From Bigelowiella natans CCMP2755 (lineage: Eukaryota > Protista > Cercozoa), in contig ADNK01002498.1 in the NCBI GenBank assembly GCA_000320545.1, positions 3,515 through 67,514 of the forward strand: a DNA stretch of 64,000 bases, in the 5' to 3' direction. The position numbers and the translations under genes are program-made. This document shows, in pieces, positions 10,401 to 21,759 of this stretch (the stretch's first letter is position 1; every line of letters starts with the position of its first letter). Below the pieces are notes generated by a model. The model saw only the letters and a list, made by a program, of their open reading frames with translations, was not told the origin of the DNA and ran no database searches.

Positions 10401-12374
10401 GGTAGGTGTAGGTAGCTTGTTGTCCGCTAGGTCCATAAACTCTAACGCATTAACGCTTGACTCAGAGGTCCACTCGTCAAGCCGTATCATGTTCTGGCTG
10501 ATGGTCCTGCCTGACTTCTTTGGCAACTTAGCAAAGTATATCTTGTGATTGTAGAATGATATGATCCCCCCTAATTTTTCTAGGGCATCCTGTCCGAGGA
10601 GTAGTTCCATGGATAAAGTCATGGCTACTCGGGTCTTGATTTGGGTCTCCGCGTCGCTGCCAGGTATCTGTAGCTTTAGCATTAGCTCACCGACGGTCTT
10701 CATGGAAGAGCTTCCGTCTGCTTGAGCATATTTACGTTCTTTCTTAGTCACTTGATCCAATAGTCCTAACCTTCTTACTGTGCTTAGGCTTATGAAGGAC
10801 TTCGGCATGCTGCCACTATCCCAAAGGGCAGGTAGTTTCTTGTAGTCTCCGTAGCTGTCTTTAACTTTAACCTTGGTCATAGCAACTTTGATAGTCCTGT
10901 TAGCGTCTTCGTCATTAATGTTGCATACTCCTAAGTTCTTTATGTCGTCTAGGGTCATGGGCTTGTCTTGGTCCTGCGTTGCTGGTACTGCTGTCTTCGT
11001 CGGCGCCTGCTTAAGGTGATCTAATATTCCGTTTATCTGCTGCTGTATAGCATTGATACTGTTCTGCTTTTTGTTCTTATATTTATTGTTCTTCCCGTTG
11101 TTGCTGCCTTGCCATTTGCTGTTGTTATATCCTTGTCCTCTGCCTTTCTTTCTCTTTAACTTCTCGTAGTGTTCGTTGAGCTGCCTGATCGTCATCCTGG
11201 GTCGTCCTTCTTTCCTGTCTCTGCAGTCTTTAGCGGTGTGTTTCCCTTTACGTGAGCAGTATCCGCAACGTCGGTTACCTTCCCTGTCCTTGTACCAGTC
11301 TCGCTGCGGCTTAATAGCGTTAATGTTTCCTATGCCAGGTACCTTAGGGCTGGTAAACTTGCGGTCCTGCTCCTGCTCGCGTAGGGATATAGCCTGCACT
11401 GCTGCCTCCATCGTGGTGTAGCCTTTCTCCGTAACGTAAGTGGATTCCTTTATCTTTAACTTGAACTCTTCAAACCTTGCCTGATCATCACCTGTGTTGT
11501 AATTAAAATCATGTAGTTCGTCGATCATATCCTGGAAGCGCGTGGCAAAGTCTCTAACAGGTTCTCTCTCATGCTGCATCATTGCTCTGTATTTTCTAAT
11601 AGCCTGGGGTAGGGAGTTAGCATCCTGTTCATTTACAAAAGCCTTCATTATCGCCTCAACGTCTCGTAGCCCACTAACTGTAGTGTGTATTTTCTCTAGC
11701 TGCCTGATCCGGGTCCTGCCTGTCTCGTAAAGGTCCATGGCTTGCTTTATTATAGCTAGCCATTTGAGCTTGTCGTTTTCGGTGGGGTTAGGGGTAAAGT
11801 CGCAGAGTATACTCCTAGCGTTCTTCCACCACCTCCTTGCCTCACCTCTTTTCCCGTTGTATTTCGTTATCATAACCGGTGCTGTTTTAACAGACATGAA
11901 CTGGGTGTTCCGCTGTACCGGCTGCTGCTGCTTGACGGTGCTCTGGGTCGTCCCCCGCGAGGCGCCCAGACCCCCGTCGTTCCTAAACAAAGCTGCCCAC
12001 TCTGGAGGTAAGTCTGCTTCGTAATCCATGATGTCCTGCATGATAGCTGCCCAAACATCATGTGTCTGATACTTGTATTCTATCGATACTTTCAGTTTGG
12101 CGTAGTTGCTCGCCCTGGGTCGCAAGGCTCGTAATGCCATTACGACCTTCTTGCTTTCGGCGGCCACGTCCTCGTCGTCCGCCTCGTAGAAGTTCTCCAG
12201 TGCCTCTGCTGCTGCATCTGCTTTCTTAATCCCGGGTGCTGGTCCCGGCGGTGCCTGTGGAGGTGTTCCTCCTCCTTCCTTAGCGTCCGTATCGCCCTTC
12301 CTTTCCTGTTTCTGCTCGTGCCCTTGCACGGCCTGCGAGCCAAAGTCCTGCTGTTCTTCTAGCTGCTGTGACAT
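7401..12374 (-). CDS. Gypsy Gag-Pol polyprotein (1657 aa) with C-terminal Dam/DIRS-MT-like domain
   Basis: Gag helical core; Zn knuckle CGYCSRKGKHTAKDC; protease ALWDSGS; RT SLDK...FPYGL...YVDD; RNase H WTDWS...KGEY...TDHKPL; IN HHCC (HGPAH...CRC) and core QIDV/VDN/KVER; SH3/GPY-F-like module GQYVRAK...RHISHLKNY; then a 126-aa extension. Confidence 0.95.
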   Translation of the reverse strand: MSQQLEEQQDFGSQAVQGHEQKQERKGDTDAKEGGGTPPQAPPGPAPGIKKADAAAEALENFYEADDEDVAAESKKVVMALRALRPRASNYAKLKVSIEYKYQTHDVWAAIMQDIMDYEADLPPEWAALFRNDGGLGASRGTTQSTVKQQQPVQRNTQFMSVKTAPVMITKYNGKRGEARRWWKNARSILCDFTPNPTENDKLKWLAIIKQAMDLYETGRTRIRQLEKIHTTVSGLRDVEAIMKAFVNEQDANSLPQAIRKYRAMMQHEREPVRDFATRFQDMIDELHDFNYNTGDDQARFEEFKLKIKESTYVTEKGYTTMEAAVQAISLREQEQDRKFTSPKVPGIGNINAIKPQRDWYKDREGNRRCGYCSRKGKHTAKDCRDRKEGRPRMTIRQLNEHYEKLKRKKGRGQGYNNSKWQGSNNGKNNKYKNKKQNSINAIQQQINGILDHLKQAPTKTAVPATQDQDKPMTLDDIKNLGVCNINDEDANRTIKVAMTKVKVKDSYGDYKKLPALWDSGSMPKSFISLSTVRRLGLLDQVTKKERKYAQADGSSSMKTVGELMLKLQIPGSDAETQIKTRVAMTLSMELLLGQDALEKLGGIISFYNHKIYFAKLPKKSGRTISQNMIRLDEWTSESSVNALEFMDLADNKLPTPTELRKKNPGKTIRQITELLDKTPPADDWDIDKGKKYINKILNEKYSDITKPTTKPSSKLTPVKIELKKGYEECIINDPEHRRPEADWEKIEWQINEWAKEGKIEPSNSPWNVRHVLAKKPTYPFFRLAHNFIRHNRVIKRIQTPTPRIDDVIEHVIGYKYYSSLDKNESYMQTPIHKTSRPITAFSSRHRKWHFVVFPYGLSISGDAFSSQNYRAYTHDGMASVLWVFVFVYVDDDIICTNTVVAQIFLLENIFIRFAHFGFTIRLQKCTFLATRIKWCGYYLEQGRITPNPEKVAALQQAPKPKNAKELKSFLQTAAWILRRFSPTYARTAAAFTTAYRKENSVGLSFAKVWAKAGLDAHFDNLIKLCSNTLLNAKLDTTRPATLWTDWSKLGMAAVLTQDQQIIRVWGRACTAAEAKYSPTKGEYKAMTEAQRKLRYYLLSVPSFTLMTDHKPLLGIDRKLEAPNDEYAAMRADTEEFRDKRTVVYAPGDKQLADYFSRLFEKKVPTQVTPMVNAITFEDGDFLPEPEELQHLQEHLDKYKHKHEVLSDRIYVYTNNVRRTYVPRRTRGALLFTAHGPAHVGENHITALLYHYYWPYKLKEIRTYLRGCRCSSLKAAGVATKESSKSRASKKIKARNFLDIVQIDVYKYDGYHYLTFVDVATGKCWVKKIIKVNVAKKNKGLYKQRLTNCYRTWESELQAIPDEVSINKIPKKLHVDNETSLLQLPHPNIDASPVYYAQSNSKVERLHRTLANLSRINSTTPDKIQGLVNDTFTSGGGIKDKEREEGDDNDDDTESEDEKVPYDGRVLKEGQYVRAKVNLRSRNKQDPFWGGVAKVTERKGRKQYYIYDGNRVTLRHISHLKNYDIGEKLLEDVKVNPTVWERAMPCLGPRPKFDVEYGNNKVRVNDDWRMKIVYLGYPGLRNMERVAMKIKDGKYQLLYLAVPDLPFEHWYKVLGDLDAEGWYGHEPKDEGEFWVSDKGDKVREESITWWLVKFRKR

Positions 12375-12390
12375 TGTTAGTCAAATCGTT

Positions 12391-12408
12391 TCCCGTGTGT
12401 GGAAGCCA
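12391..12408 (-). other. Candidate primer-binding site of the gypsy element
   Basis: Minus-strand TGGCTTCCACACACGGGA, 5 nt inside the 5' LTR. Its complement reads like a tRNA 3' end (...CCGTG TGTGGAA G CCA). Cognate tRNA not identified. Confidence 0.7.
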
Positions 12409-12413
12409 AAGGT

Positions 12414-12739
12414 TGTTGCGCGTAAGGTGTTCACAGGCCGAGGCGCTACGTGCACAAGTAGGCAGGGGGGGGGAAAGGCACGTTTGCTTCCTTTTGAAGA
12501 GTTGTGTTTATTTTTATTAAAGATTATATTTTTATTAAATCGTGCACTGCGTAATCATTCGCGAAGCTTTCGCGAATGCCGCCGCACGTGGGGCAGCACA
12601 CTTCCGGTGTGCTGCCATGAGTCCCGCCGGAACCCACGTGCCTATGCTGTATTAATATCTACGTTATCTATATTCTATATCCGCGACAACCCCTTTGTTG
12701 TCGCACGTGACTTGTGCCCGCGTAGTGGTACGCGCTACA
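12414..12739 (-). repeat. Gypsy 5' LTR (326 bp)
   Basis: Direct repeat of 7024-7349; followed on the minus strand by the PBS and the gag ATG at 12374. Confidence 0.97.
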
Positions 12740-13510
12740 TCAACTAGCTGTGCAAAGTCAAAGCCAGCTGCCAATCGTTTGGGCTGTGCGCATCGCAGCA
12801 CGGACGTTGCGTTGTGCGATGAGGTGCACAATGTGTCCGTGCAATTGGCCAAATGCATGCATGCATGCATGCTGGCAATGTGCGCACACGCTCTTGTGCA
12901 ATGCGTTCTTGTTCTCAAACCACACGTCCAAGTGAAAGTGAAGAACCTGCGTCGTTGCACATGACAACGTGCAGCATTTGTTGCATCCAAATTCTCCACA
13001 CATCGATCATCTCACAGCGCTTCCATTTCTAGATTTGCACATCATGCGCCAGCAAGAGCAACGTGTGCTGCGTGTCTGTGCAACGTTGTTTGCAACGCGT
13101 GCATGCGAACCGTGCCGTGTTCTTTTCAGCAATTCCAGGATTGTGCGAAGTCACACTGTGAGTCACTAGGTCATGTTGGCATGTTGAAGCACACTGGATG
13201 CATGACACATGGATTTCTTGAGAGGCTAAATTTGATTCGGAAAGGTCATCACATGATGACAATTTCTGACTTCACATCTAAATCATGAGTGGAAGTGTGA
13301 CTTGCACACACATGCACACAAATGTGAAGATGCACTTGCGTTTATTTGCATGAACTGCTCTTGGATTTTCTCATAGTTATCCTACTCTTCTAATTCAAGT
13401 CTTTAACACACTTTAACTTGTTCTTACAATGGACGGTTTTCTCTTAATAGTGAGATACAACATGCATACACGGAATGAAGCTGACGACTAGGCTGATAAA
13501 CTCAACCGTG

Positions 13511-14202
13511 CTATTCGAATATTTGACCTATGTCTCGCTCCTAGACAATCCAATCAATACACGAATTCGCTCTTGATGTAAAGTAAAAGAGCATCGCCTG
13601 CGACGTGGATCGAGATGATAAACGTAATCACGACGTGTGCAGGGTGCAGGTACAGCAATCCATGCCACAGTTTGAAAGCCGATATGCCGTAACTAATATA
13701 ATATAGAATTTGTTGGCGGATTTCTCAATACAAGGAGGCAAGGAAAGGAACAGAAAACCACAGAACAAACTCACGACAAACAACCAATGTAAACACACAC
13801 TAGATTCCAATTCCAAGGCAGGAGAACAAAGTAGTAGAAAATAGCATGATCAAATAGGAAAGTTTCGCGGAAAAAATAAGATGTAGCTGCCTCGATTGAC
13901 GCGGGAAACAATATACTCTTTTCTCTCTTTCTTGATATGTGTTGATTTATTGCACCTCTAACGATTACTGCCATTTTATTGTTTAAGCTGCATTTTTTTA
14001 AATCGTTACGTATATAAAACTAGATGAGACAATAACACACGGACATTTTCGAGTGGCAAAGAGCGATCACAACGGCGGTGATGAGATCTAAACAGACACT
14101 CAGCACCAGAATCGATACCGGCGTCTCGTTGTACCTTTCGATGATTAAGGGGATAAAAAGTTTTAATATCAGAAATGGACAAGGAGGGAGGGAGAGAGAG
14201 AG

Positions 14203-14275
<73 letters not shown>

Positions 14276-14383
14276 AGGGGGGGGATGAGGGGGGAAGAGG
14301 AGGAGGAAATCATGGGTATAACCTAAAATTGCTAGATCACACACACACACACATACACGTGCACACGCACACGCACACATAAC

Positions 14384-14414
<31 letters not shown>

Positions 14415-15235
14415 CATTATTTTATCTGTTATATTTATTGAGATTCCAAAGGCAACAGCAATGCTCCAAATAACGATGGTGGCACAATCGTCACGTCATA
14501 AGAGGTTGTTCTTGGTGTACTTACGTTGACAACGAATCACGGGCATAAACAGGTCCGTAATCGGCGATGAGACGAATGGAGAACGTGATGAGGATGGCTA
14601 TACAGTCCCCGAGAGTGCGCAGTCCAAATCTTGCCACCTCCTCCGAATATCTGTATTGATATAGGCATCATCCCATCGTAACTTAAGAAAACCATCATCC
14701 ACATTGGCTTCTTCGTCGTCATCATTCTCATCATCATTAACATGGTGGTCGTTGTCTCGTTTTCTTACTTTCTACGCCGCCCTTCCTCTTCGGTCTCCTT
14801 CTTCCTCCCCAGCACAAACGCCTTAACCTTGTACTCGATATGGTAAACCGAAGGGTAAAAGCGTACCAGACTCTGCAGAACCTCGAGGCTGATACGGATG
14901 AATGCCACAGAGAAGAGGGTGCTGTACTCGGAGATGTCTTGGATCACAACACGATAGAATACTAAATATATCAAGTCCACGAAGTATCTGTAAATTGGAA
15001 GAGCAAATATCCAATATCATGTGCGGGTTGGAAAGACGATCTACTTGTAGCAGTAGTCGTCGTCGTGAGGGAGAGGGGGGGGGATGTAGGTGAAGCAAAA
15101 CGGAAAACATGAAGTCGATAATAACGATATCGTCAATGATGGCACTGGCTCACACAACACACACGTGAAAGCTACTCTTTGAACATAAGAGCTTCTCTCG
15201 ATATAAATAAATAAATATATATATTTATATATATA

Positions 15236-15275
<40 letters not shown>

Positions 15276-16295
15276 GTATATATGTATATGCTATGCAAGC
15301 AGACAGTCGATTATATGTTCAAATGTACATTAGCATGAAGTCCTGTCGAAACCCATTGGCGTGGTGATCAATCAACATCTGGCACACCTCCATGATTACA
15401 AGGCTTGCGAAGATATTCACACAAAAGAGAAAGAACCCGACAAAAGAGGCATTGCTCCATAGGCCCCCGTTGTTGTCGGTACTATGCATGATGAATGCCG
15501 TCGAGCCAGTCAAGCACGTAGCGTACACGCCCAACACCAATATCGATAAAATCGCGTTCGCGCTGAGAAGCATGGTAGTGCACAAGGAAAATGGCAGAAG
15601 AAAGGGGGTGAATCGAAGAAGCATCTGCATGGTGAAACTTCAAACTGACACAGGAAAATAATCGTCGAATCAATATGCAACAATATTATGACAACTGCAG
15701 CTCCCACCTCAATGGGGATGATAAAAGTAGCGCAACACAAACGATGCGAGCGAATGAAACTGCTGGCCATAACAACATATAATGGGTGGGGGGAAAGGTT
15801 ACCCGATATGGTATGGATACGCTGCAGCCTTCGCATGAAAATTCCTATCAGATTTTCGACCAAAGGCGACCCAGGGCACATACAAGGAGGCGAGTACCCC
15901 CTTTGTTGTAAGAGGAGCCGTAGAGCTATTTGTTGTTGGTACTATTGTGTCATCGTCTCCACTGTTCGAGTCCTTTTTCATGAATGGCTGCCGGAATGGA
16001 GCTGACGAATGGCTATACCTTTCGTCTTCTTTCTCTTCTTGCCCTTTACTTATTGCAGCCTTTCCTCCCTTTTCTTCACTCGCGGCCCCCCCGTCTCCAA
16101 TAACGCCTCCATTTGAAGACGGGAAGGCTGATAGTCGATTATTTAATCCATAATCAAACATACTGCTGGCTCGCAGTGCAACAAGAGAGGCAAATGCTAA
16201 GTTCTCGGTTAGTGAGAGTTAAAGAGTACATCTGCAGGACATAAATAAACACTACATATAGATATATACATACATATATTGATATTTTTATATAA

Positions 16296-16334
<39 letters not shown>

Positions 16335-17322
16335 ATTGCGGTGTATTTTAATTTGTATACATAAGTGTGAATCTCATGTCTATATTTCTGCTTACACTCT
16401 CTCCCTAGTTCGTGCTCTTTCTCCTCCTCTTTATTACAGTCATTCACTTGTCTCGCACTATTGTTCGAAGTACGCAACAACTTATGCATATGGATGAGGC
16501 TCACAAGTATAAATGTCAGCGTCATTGTGTAAGGTCCTATGCTGAGCAAGATCGGGTATTCGCTGCACATCTGTATCAATTAAGGTGAAACGTAATACAA
16601 TATTAAAAATTTGAACAATGAAGATATCGCATAAATTGAGGTCCAAAAGAAAGAGCAGGCGTGAGTAAGAATATCGATGCCAATATGACATAATAATTTC
16701 GGAGCTCTCTCTCCTCTGTCTGAGTGTAGAAACCTTTGGCCCTGCTCCCAAAGGAACCACGACTGCGACCTTTTTTGTTTGAACAGAATATATCAATTAG
16801 AGTTGGTGGCCTGGCTTGAATGCAGTGTCCTCTGCCCCCCCAACTTACCAGGAGCGTGAACGAAATGGCAGCATAAATCCAGTTGAGAGGGGGAAGGGGT
16901 ATTGTCATTAGCGACTGCTGGACGCAGATCAGAACCGTTGTAACCATATAGAGGGGCTGGAAATAGAGCGCGTATGCGACCAGAGATGTTCTCCCATCGC
17001 ATGACCCTGAGAAAGGGATGCACTTCTCAACCACGATTCATAGCCGCTCTCTCTGGCAGACAATCAATAATGGACGGAAGTCCGATCAAGCCGACTCACC
17101 TCCGCTCCGGTACGTCTTGCAGTTGAGAGGCACGATCATGGTTCCGAGCAGGAGGTACACTTCCGTTACTATCCCATTCAAAATCAGAAGTTTTGCAAAG
17201 CCAAGGATAGCTTCACTTATTGACTCAACATATCCGTGCTTTCTAACTCTTCGTGTCTCATTCTCTTCGGAATCATCACGTGAGAGATGCAACGGCTCTT
17301 GCAGACTTGCTGACTGAATCAT
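13511..17322 (-). CDS. Uncharacterised multi-pass membrane protein, multi-exon (boundaries approximate)
   Basis: Series of minus-strand hydrophobic exons bounded by GT/AG, e.g. AILGFAKLLILNGIVTEVYLLLGTMIV; LVAYALYFQPLYMVTTVLICV; ILSILVLGVYATCL; FVGFFLFCVNIFASLVIME; VSILVLSVCLDLITAVVIAL. Last exon ERDIGQIFE*. No family recognised. Confidence 0.55.
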
Positions 17323-17661
17323 GCGAAGGGTACTTTGGTTTGGAACGTCTCACCAGAGACAAAGAGCGCAGCGATAAGGGAGGTAAATCGGGAGAGAGCA
17401 GGACTAACCCGCTACCTTGACCGCATTCATGGAGGTTAGATCTAGAGAAGCTCGGATCTTCATCTACGTATTCCGTTGGCGACAACGAAAAAATAATTTA
17501 TCAAAAACATCGCAGCTCTTCACGTCGCTCACGAAAAACACCATCGTTTTCTTACCTATTACAAGATCTGACAAGTCGCTGCTCATAAATTGTCTTCAAC
17601 TTGTCGCAACGACGAAACGGCATGCATATGCCCTTCGTTGATCCAGATCTTTTAGTCGGCC

Positions 17662-18226
17662 ATGGGAGGCTCATCGTCGTCGACGGCGATCGACCACTCG
17701 TGCAAAGACTTGAAAGCACGGTGCTAAGCATGTGTAGTATCCTTGCGCGTGCAGCAGGAGATTCTTTCAATGGGGTTGAGAATGTTGTAGGAAAGCATGT
17801 CTGCTTTCCGATCGGAATATGCGCTCAATTGAAGGCAATCACCGTGTTTTGGGCATGCAGGTATGACCAGTGTCACAACAGCTGGTACAAGGAAGAGTTT
17901 CTCACGGGGAAGTCGATGGCACCACCTCCAAAGTGCAGGTTTCCCTTCATTGATTATTGGACACTATCTTGTCGAATGTTCCATCTCATCCGTCCCATAA
18001 ATTGTTCCAGGGCTCTTTGGGATACTTACACGAGCTGTGTGAAAAAGAATATTTCTGCGAAGTAAAATACCCCATCCTTCCTAGTACAACACTCAGAGAG
18101 TCATACAAATACAAATTCGGTTCCAGGTACAATGTAAAGTTCGAAGAAGAAGATGACTATGACGAGGACGACGTCCAAGAGCATACCACGAAGACAGCCA
18201 CAGTCATTAAAACAACAAAGTCATAG
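17662..18226 (+). CDS. MDM35: MDM35/TRIAP1 twin-CX9C-type mitochondrial IMS protein
   Basis: Exons 17662-17720, 17861-17938, 18011-~18061 (plus probable ~18127-18226) give MGGSSSSTAIDHSCKDLKARYDQCHNSWYKEEFLTGKSMAPPPKCRALWDTYTSCVKKNISAK, matching the C-x-x-LK-x-x-YD-x-C-x-N-x-WY-x-E-x-FL-x-G pattern of Mdm35. Confidence 0.88.
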
Positions 18227-18263
18227 GGTAATCTCTGAGTTTAGGGTATAGAGAATTAGAAAA

Positions 18264-18347
18264 ATGTTAGATGCAGACATTATCCACAGTAATAAGTATA
18301 TTTCATGTTAGATGCAGACATTATCCACAGTAATAAGTATATTTCAT
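18264..18347. repeat. Perfect 41-bp tandem duplication
   Basis: ATGTTAGATGCAGACATTATCCACAGTAATAAGTATATTTC x2, just downstream of MDM35. Confidence 0.95.
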
Positions 18348-19449
18348 CGTCCACGTATACTTCATGCTGTTTCGAAGAAGTAAATTATAACATAGGGATA
18401 AATTAGAAATACAGGGATACTGTTCGATATTGCTTTTTATCTACAATGTCATTTTGAGACGGATGCAATGATTAATTTAATTTAGTAGCATGCTTCAGTA
18501 GTCAAGTGTGTGTAAGATAAGCGCTTCGTTCAACATGCTATCTGGAGTATCACACTTCATTCTAATAGCATTGCATCATGGCCTGACTAGATGCGAGATA
18601 ATTCTTTAATAGGTTTTACAAAATAGCACACGATGTGAGCTATGAAGCAAACTGTACTGTATTATGACGGTATATGTACACTTCAAAGAGGCTGCGCAAA
18701 ATCTTTATAATTTTATAATTGCCATGCGTGTCCTCGTTAGTAAAGCTAAGGAGCGTGTAGATGTCATCTAGATAATTATGCACGAAGAATGCGACTTTGA
18801 TGCAGTGTTTCATCAACTGCTCGTAGGCCATACAACGCATAGCAGCTTCATCAATGCGATCCTGATGGCGATAAATTGCTATTGTTCGTCGTAGCACGCT
18901 GCTTGCCCGTGTCCTTGCCGCGGCTATGGTGCCATAAGTACACAGGATACTGACGTGCTTAGCTTATTAGCCAGGAACGACGTATGAAATGTTACCGCTA
19001 TTTGAACTACTAGCTACTGCTATTTCTTAAAGTATTGCTCCTTTAGTGCTACCATATCTATTGATGAGCGTTCGCTGTGTACAGCTTTGTATTCGTATGT
19101 AATTTATGTACATACAGCAGACATTCGCCCATCAAGGTGCGTCATGATGATACTTCGGATGTAATCTCAAACAAAAGTGATGGACAAACATATCGTATAT
19201 GTATAGCATGAATGCAAAAAATGACTCTTAATATACTTATTTGCCATCGCAATATTTTGCTATTTTACTGAATGTAGTGAATAAGAAGCATCCACCCATA
19301 TCATTACTCCCAGTCAAAAGGTTCTAGAAAACTATCAATTTCTATAGTAATTCTGAGAGTATTTGTCGAACTTTTCCATGATTTGTTATATGTCTAGGAA
19401 AAATTTAGGTAAAATATATGTGGCAGTAACTCAATAGAAGTGGGACATC

Positions 19450-20750
19450 TTAATGAGTTTTCTTCACAGGAGAACCTTCTTGCTTTTGTTGCTGCAGCAG
19501 CCAGAGGAGACACATCAAACCCAAACATGAAGTATAGAAAGCTACAAACCGAAGAAGCCGGCTGTAATCGACTAGAGCCACAACTAAAAATCCGGTTGAA
19601 AAAACTTTAAGCAAGCTTGGAGCTAATTTTTGCTTGTGGTTCGGCTTATTGGTGCCGCAGACCCGATCCAGTAATGGAACGAATTGTGAATAACAGTGAT
19701 CATGATGTCGGTGGTGGCGTGAATGAGCCCTAGGGCCAGTCAAAATGTAGGAAGACAGTAGATGGTCTGGAGAGAGTAAGATGTCGTAGCCGCAATGATT
19801 GATAACAATTAAATAGGTGATGACAATGTCGTAGATGATACGGGTTAGCGTGTGATTCTCCAAGGTATTTACGCTCAGAATTGAGGGAATGACGCTGAGC
19901 CAAAAGTCTGCCATGGAGAATCGAAACGCATCACTTGCATACAAGTCATGGTTCGAATGATGGACGCTGTGAACGTGTCGGTAGAGCGAGGGCACCTTGT
20001 GTAGCGTCATGTGGAGGCAGAAGAAGTAAATATCATAGAAGAAGAGCTGCCCGCACAATTCCCCAATAAACGTCAATGTTGTTGGCGATTCTGCTGTGAC
20101 CTTCTTTCGTGGGAAGCAGTAGTCGAAGAAAAGGATAGGCACCAGATAGAAGGCCGGACTGTGAAAGTACTGGAAAAACCTATTGTGCTTGCTTGTGAAC
20201 ACGCCAGGCTCTCTCTCGTGAAGCCGATATGAATCGAGCACTCCAGTTGCGTCAATTAAAACAAAGATTGTATAGTAGACGGCGAAGGAATAGGTGCTTA
20301 CGATGGGCTCGGAGCTATCATGTACCACGAACCTGAAAGTTCAATGAGTAGGCATGGCACAATTTCTTAACAAATATCAAATTCTTTATGAACGTCAAAA
20401 CACAGGAAGCCACCGTCGTGGACAAATAATGTTTCCTAAGTTTAAAAATCTAACCAGTGATTCCTCAAGGAATTCTGCCAAAGATCGTCCAGAATTCCAT
20501 CAATGGATGAGCGAAACGCAAGTACGCACAGGAGAGATGCGTAGAAGCAGGCACGGACACATGCGATGGTGCTGATATTGAAGCCCTTAAACGGACGAGT
20601 GTTTTTTGGTATTTCCACTTGATTTAAATACGATTCCCTCAGCCAGTAGATGAAAGCGGTGTATCCGCCCACCAAGCTTACGTTGGAGAGAACGACTGAA
20701 AGTGACATACACGGATGCGATCCCAACCTTGCAGAAACACATTTTGTCAT
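19450..20750 (-). CDS. Fatty acid hydroxylase / sterol desaturase superfamily (CH25H/ERG25-like); 5' end uncertain
   Basis: His boxes HMTLH, HSVHH, NHCGY and HSRHH in ORF 19450..20328. An intron at 20454-20333 links the upstream exon (LDDLWQNSLRNHW|FVVHDSSEP). Confidence 0.85.
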
Positions 20751-21461
20751 CTACTGAAAGAAAACTCTGGACATGGTAGAATGATATCCATGTAAATTGA
20801 GCTGGCACTTTACTCACCAGATCAAGTACTTGTGCACCTTCGACTTTTTGAAGGGGTTGGTGCGTTGAGTTGGGTTTTGTGTGGGCACTACGAGAGCAGG
20901 CAGTTCGGCGAAGACAGCACCCAGAAGAAAAACACAAGTTTCGGTTTCAAACCTAGATCTACTTGTCGTTAGTAAAAAATCTCCGCTTTTCTTATTAGAT
21001 ATTCATGGAATCTCTTAATCACCTTGAATTCCCCTGCCTTTTGAAGATCGAAAGGGCCTGAATATTCTTCGGCAAAACTCAGGGTGACATTGAATGCTTG
21101 AGGTTTTACCAATGCGACATTTACAACTGCATGATAATGAAAAAGGGCCGGTGAATAGTGATAAGAAATATTGTTTTTCTTTCGAAAAAGATTTCTTCGG
21201 CTCAACTTCAAATAATTTGAAATAATTCACTCGTCTTCATGCTCGCCCTACTCCTCTTCCTAGTGCTTGGACTTACCGGTGTGTGCCTAACGCTATTCTC
21301 ACGTTTTGCTTCAATAACTTTTATTCAATGATGAAAGGGGTTGTTAGAGAGTAGAAGTGAAGTTGAGATTATAACAGATACCTATTTTAATCTGTTTATT
21401 AGAGGCGTCAACGCTCCGATTTCGCGGGCTATCAGTCTCAATCAACCAACCAGGAGAGGTT

Positions 21462-21759
21462 ATGTCGAGTTCCCCAAAGGACTCTCCACTCTCACTTCCA
21501 TCTGCAAGTAAACTAGTATCGCAGTTAGCTGCATCGGACGCAAAACTCCCCAAGAAAGCCCTTGCAGAACCAAAACAACACCACGACTCCCCCAAGTTGC
21601 CGGAAAAAGAGACCATTGCACCACAGGTATGATAACGATACATAATCGAGTTAGTTCTTTCCTAAGAGTTGTGACATCGTTCTTCTTGGTAACAATTTTT
21701 ATCAGTTTCGAGTTCCCCCATGCCCATCGTGTGAGCCATCAACGACGGGTCTGCAGTAA
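21462..21759 (+). CDS. Possible small 2-exon hypothetical protein (~72 aa)
   Basis: ATG 21462, phase-0 GT..AG intron 21627-21705, stop 21759; low-complexity S/P/K product with no motif. Confidence 0.25.

Larger units (their letters stand above)
7024..12739 (-). mobile_element. Full-length Ty3/gypsy LTR retrotransposon, recent insertion
   Basis: Two 326-bp LTRs identical by eye (TG...CA; terminal IR TGTTGCGCGTA/TACGCGCTACA). 4-bp TSD TCAA at 7020-7023 and 12740-12743. PBS and PPT present. Single ORF with domain order gag-PR-RT-RH-IN. Confidence 0.97.

Noticed and set aside
7024-12739. DIRS element, because of the MT-like domain
   Set aside because: No tyrosine recombinase; it has a protease, DDE integrase, direct LTRs and a TSD.
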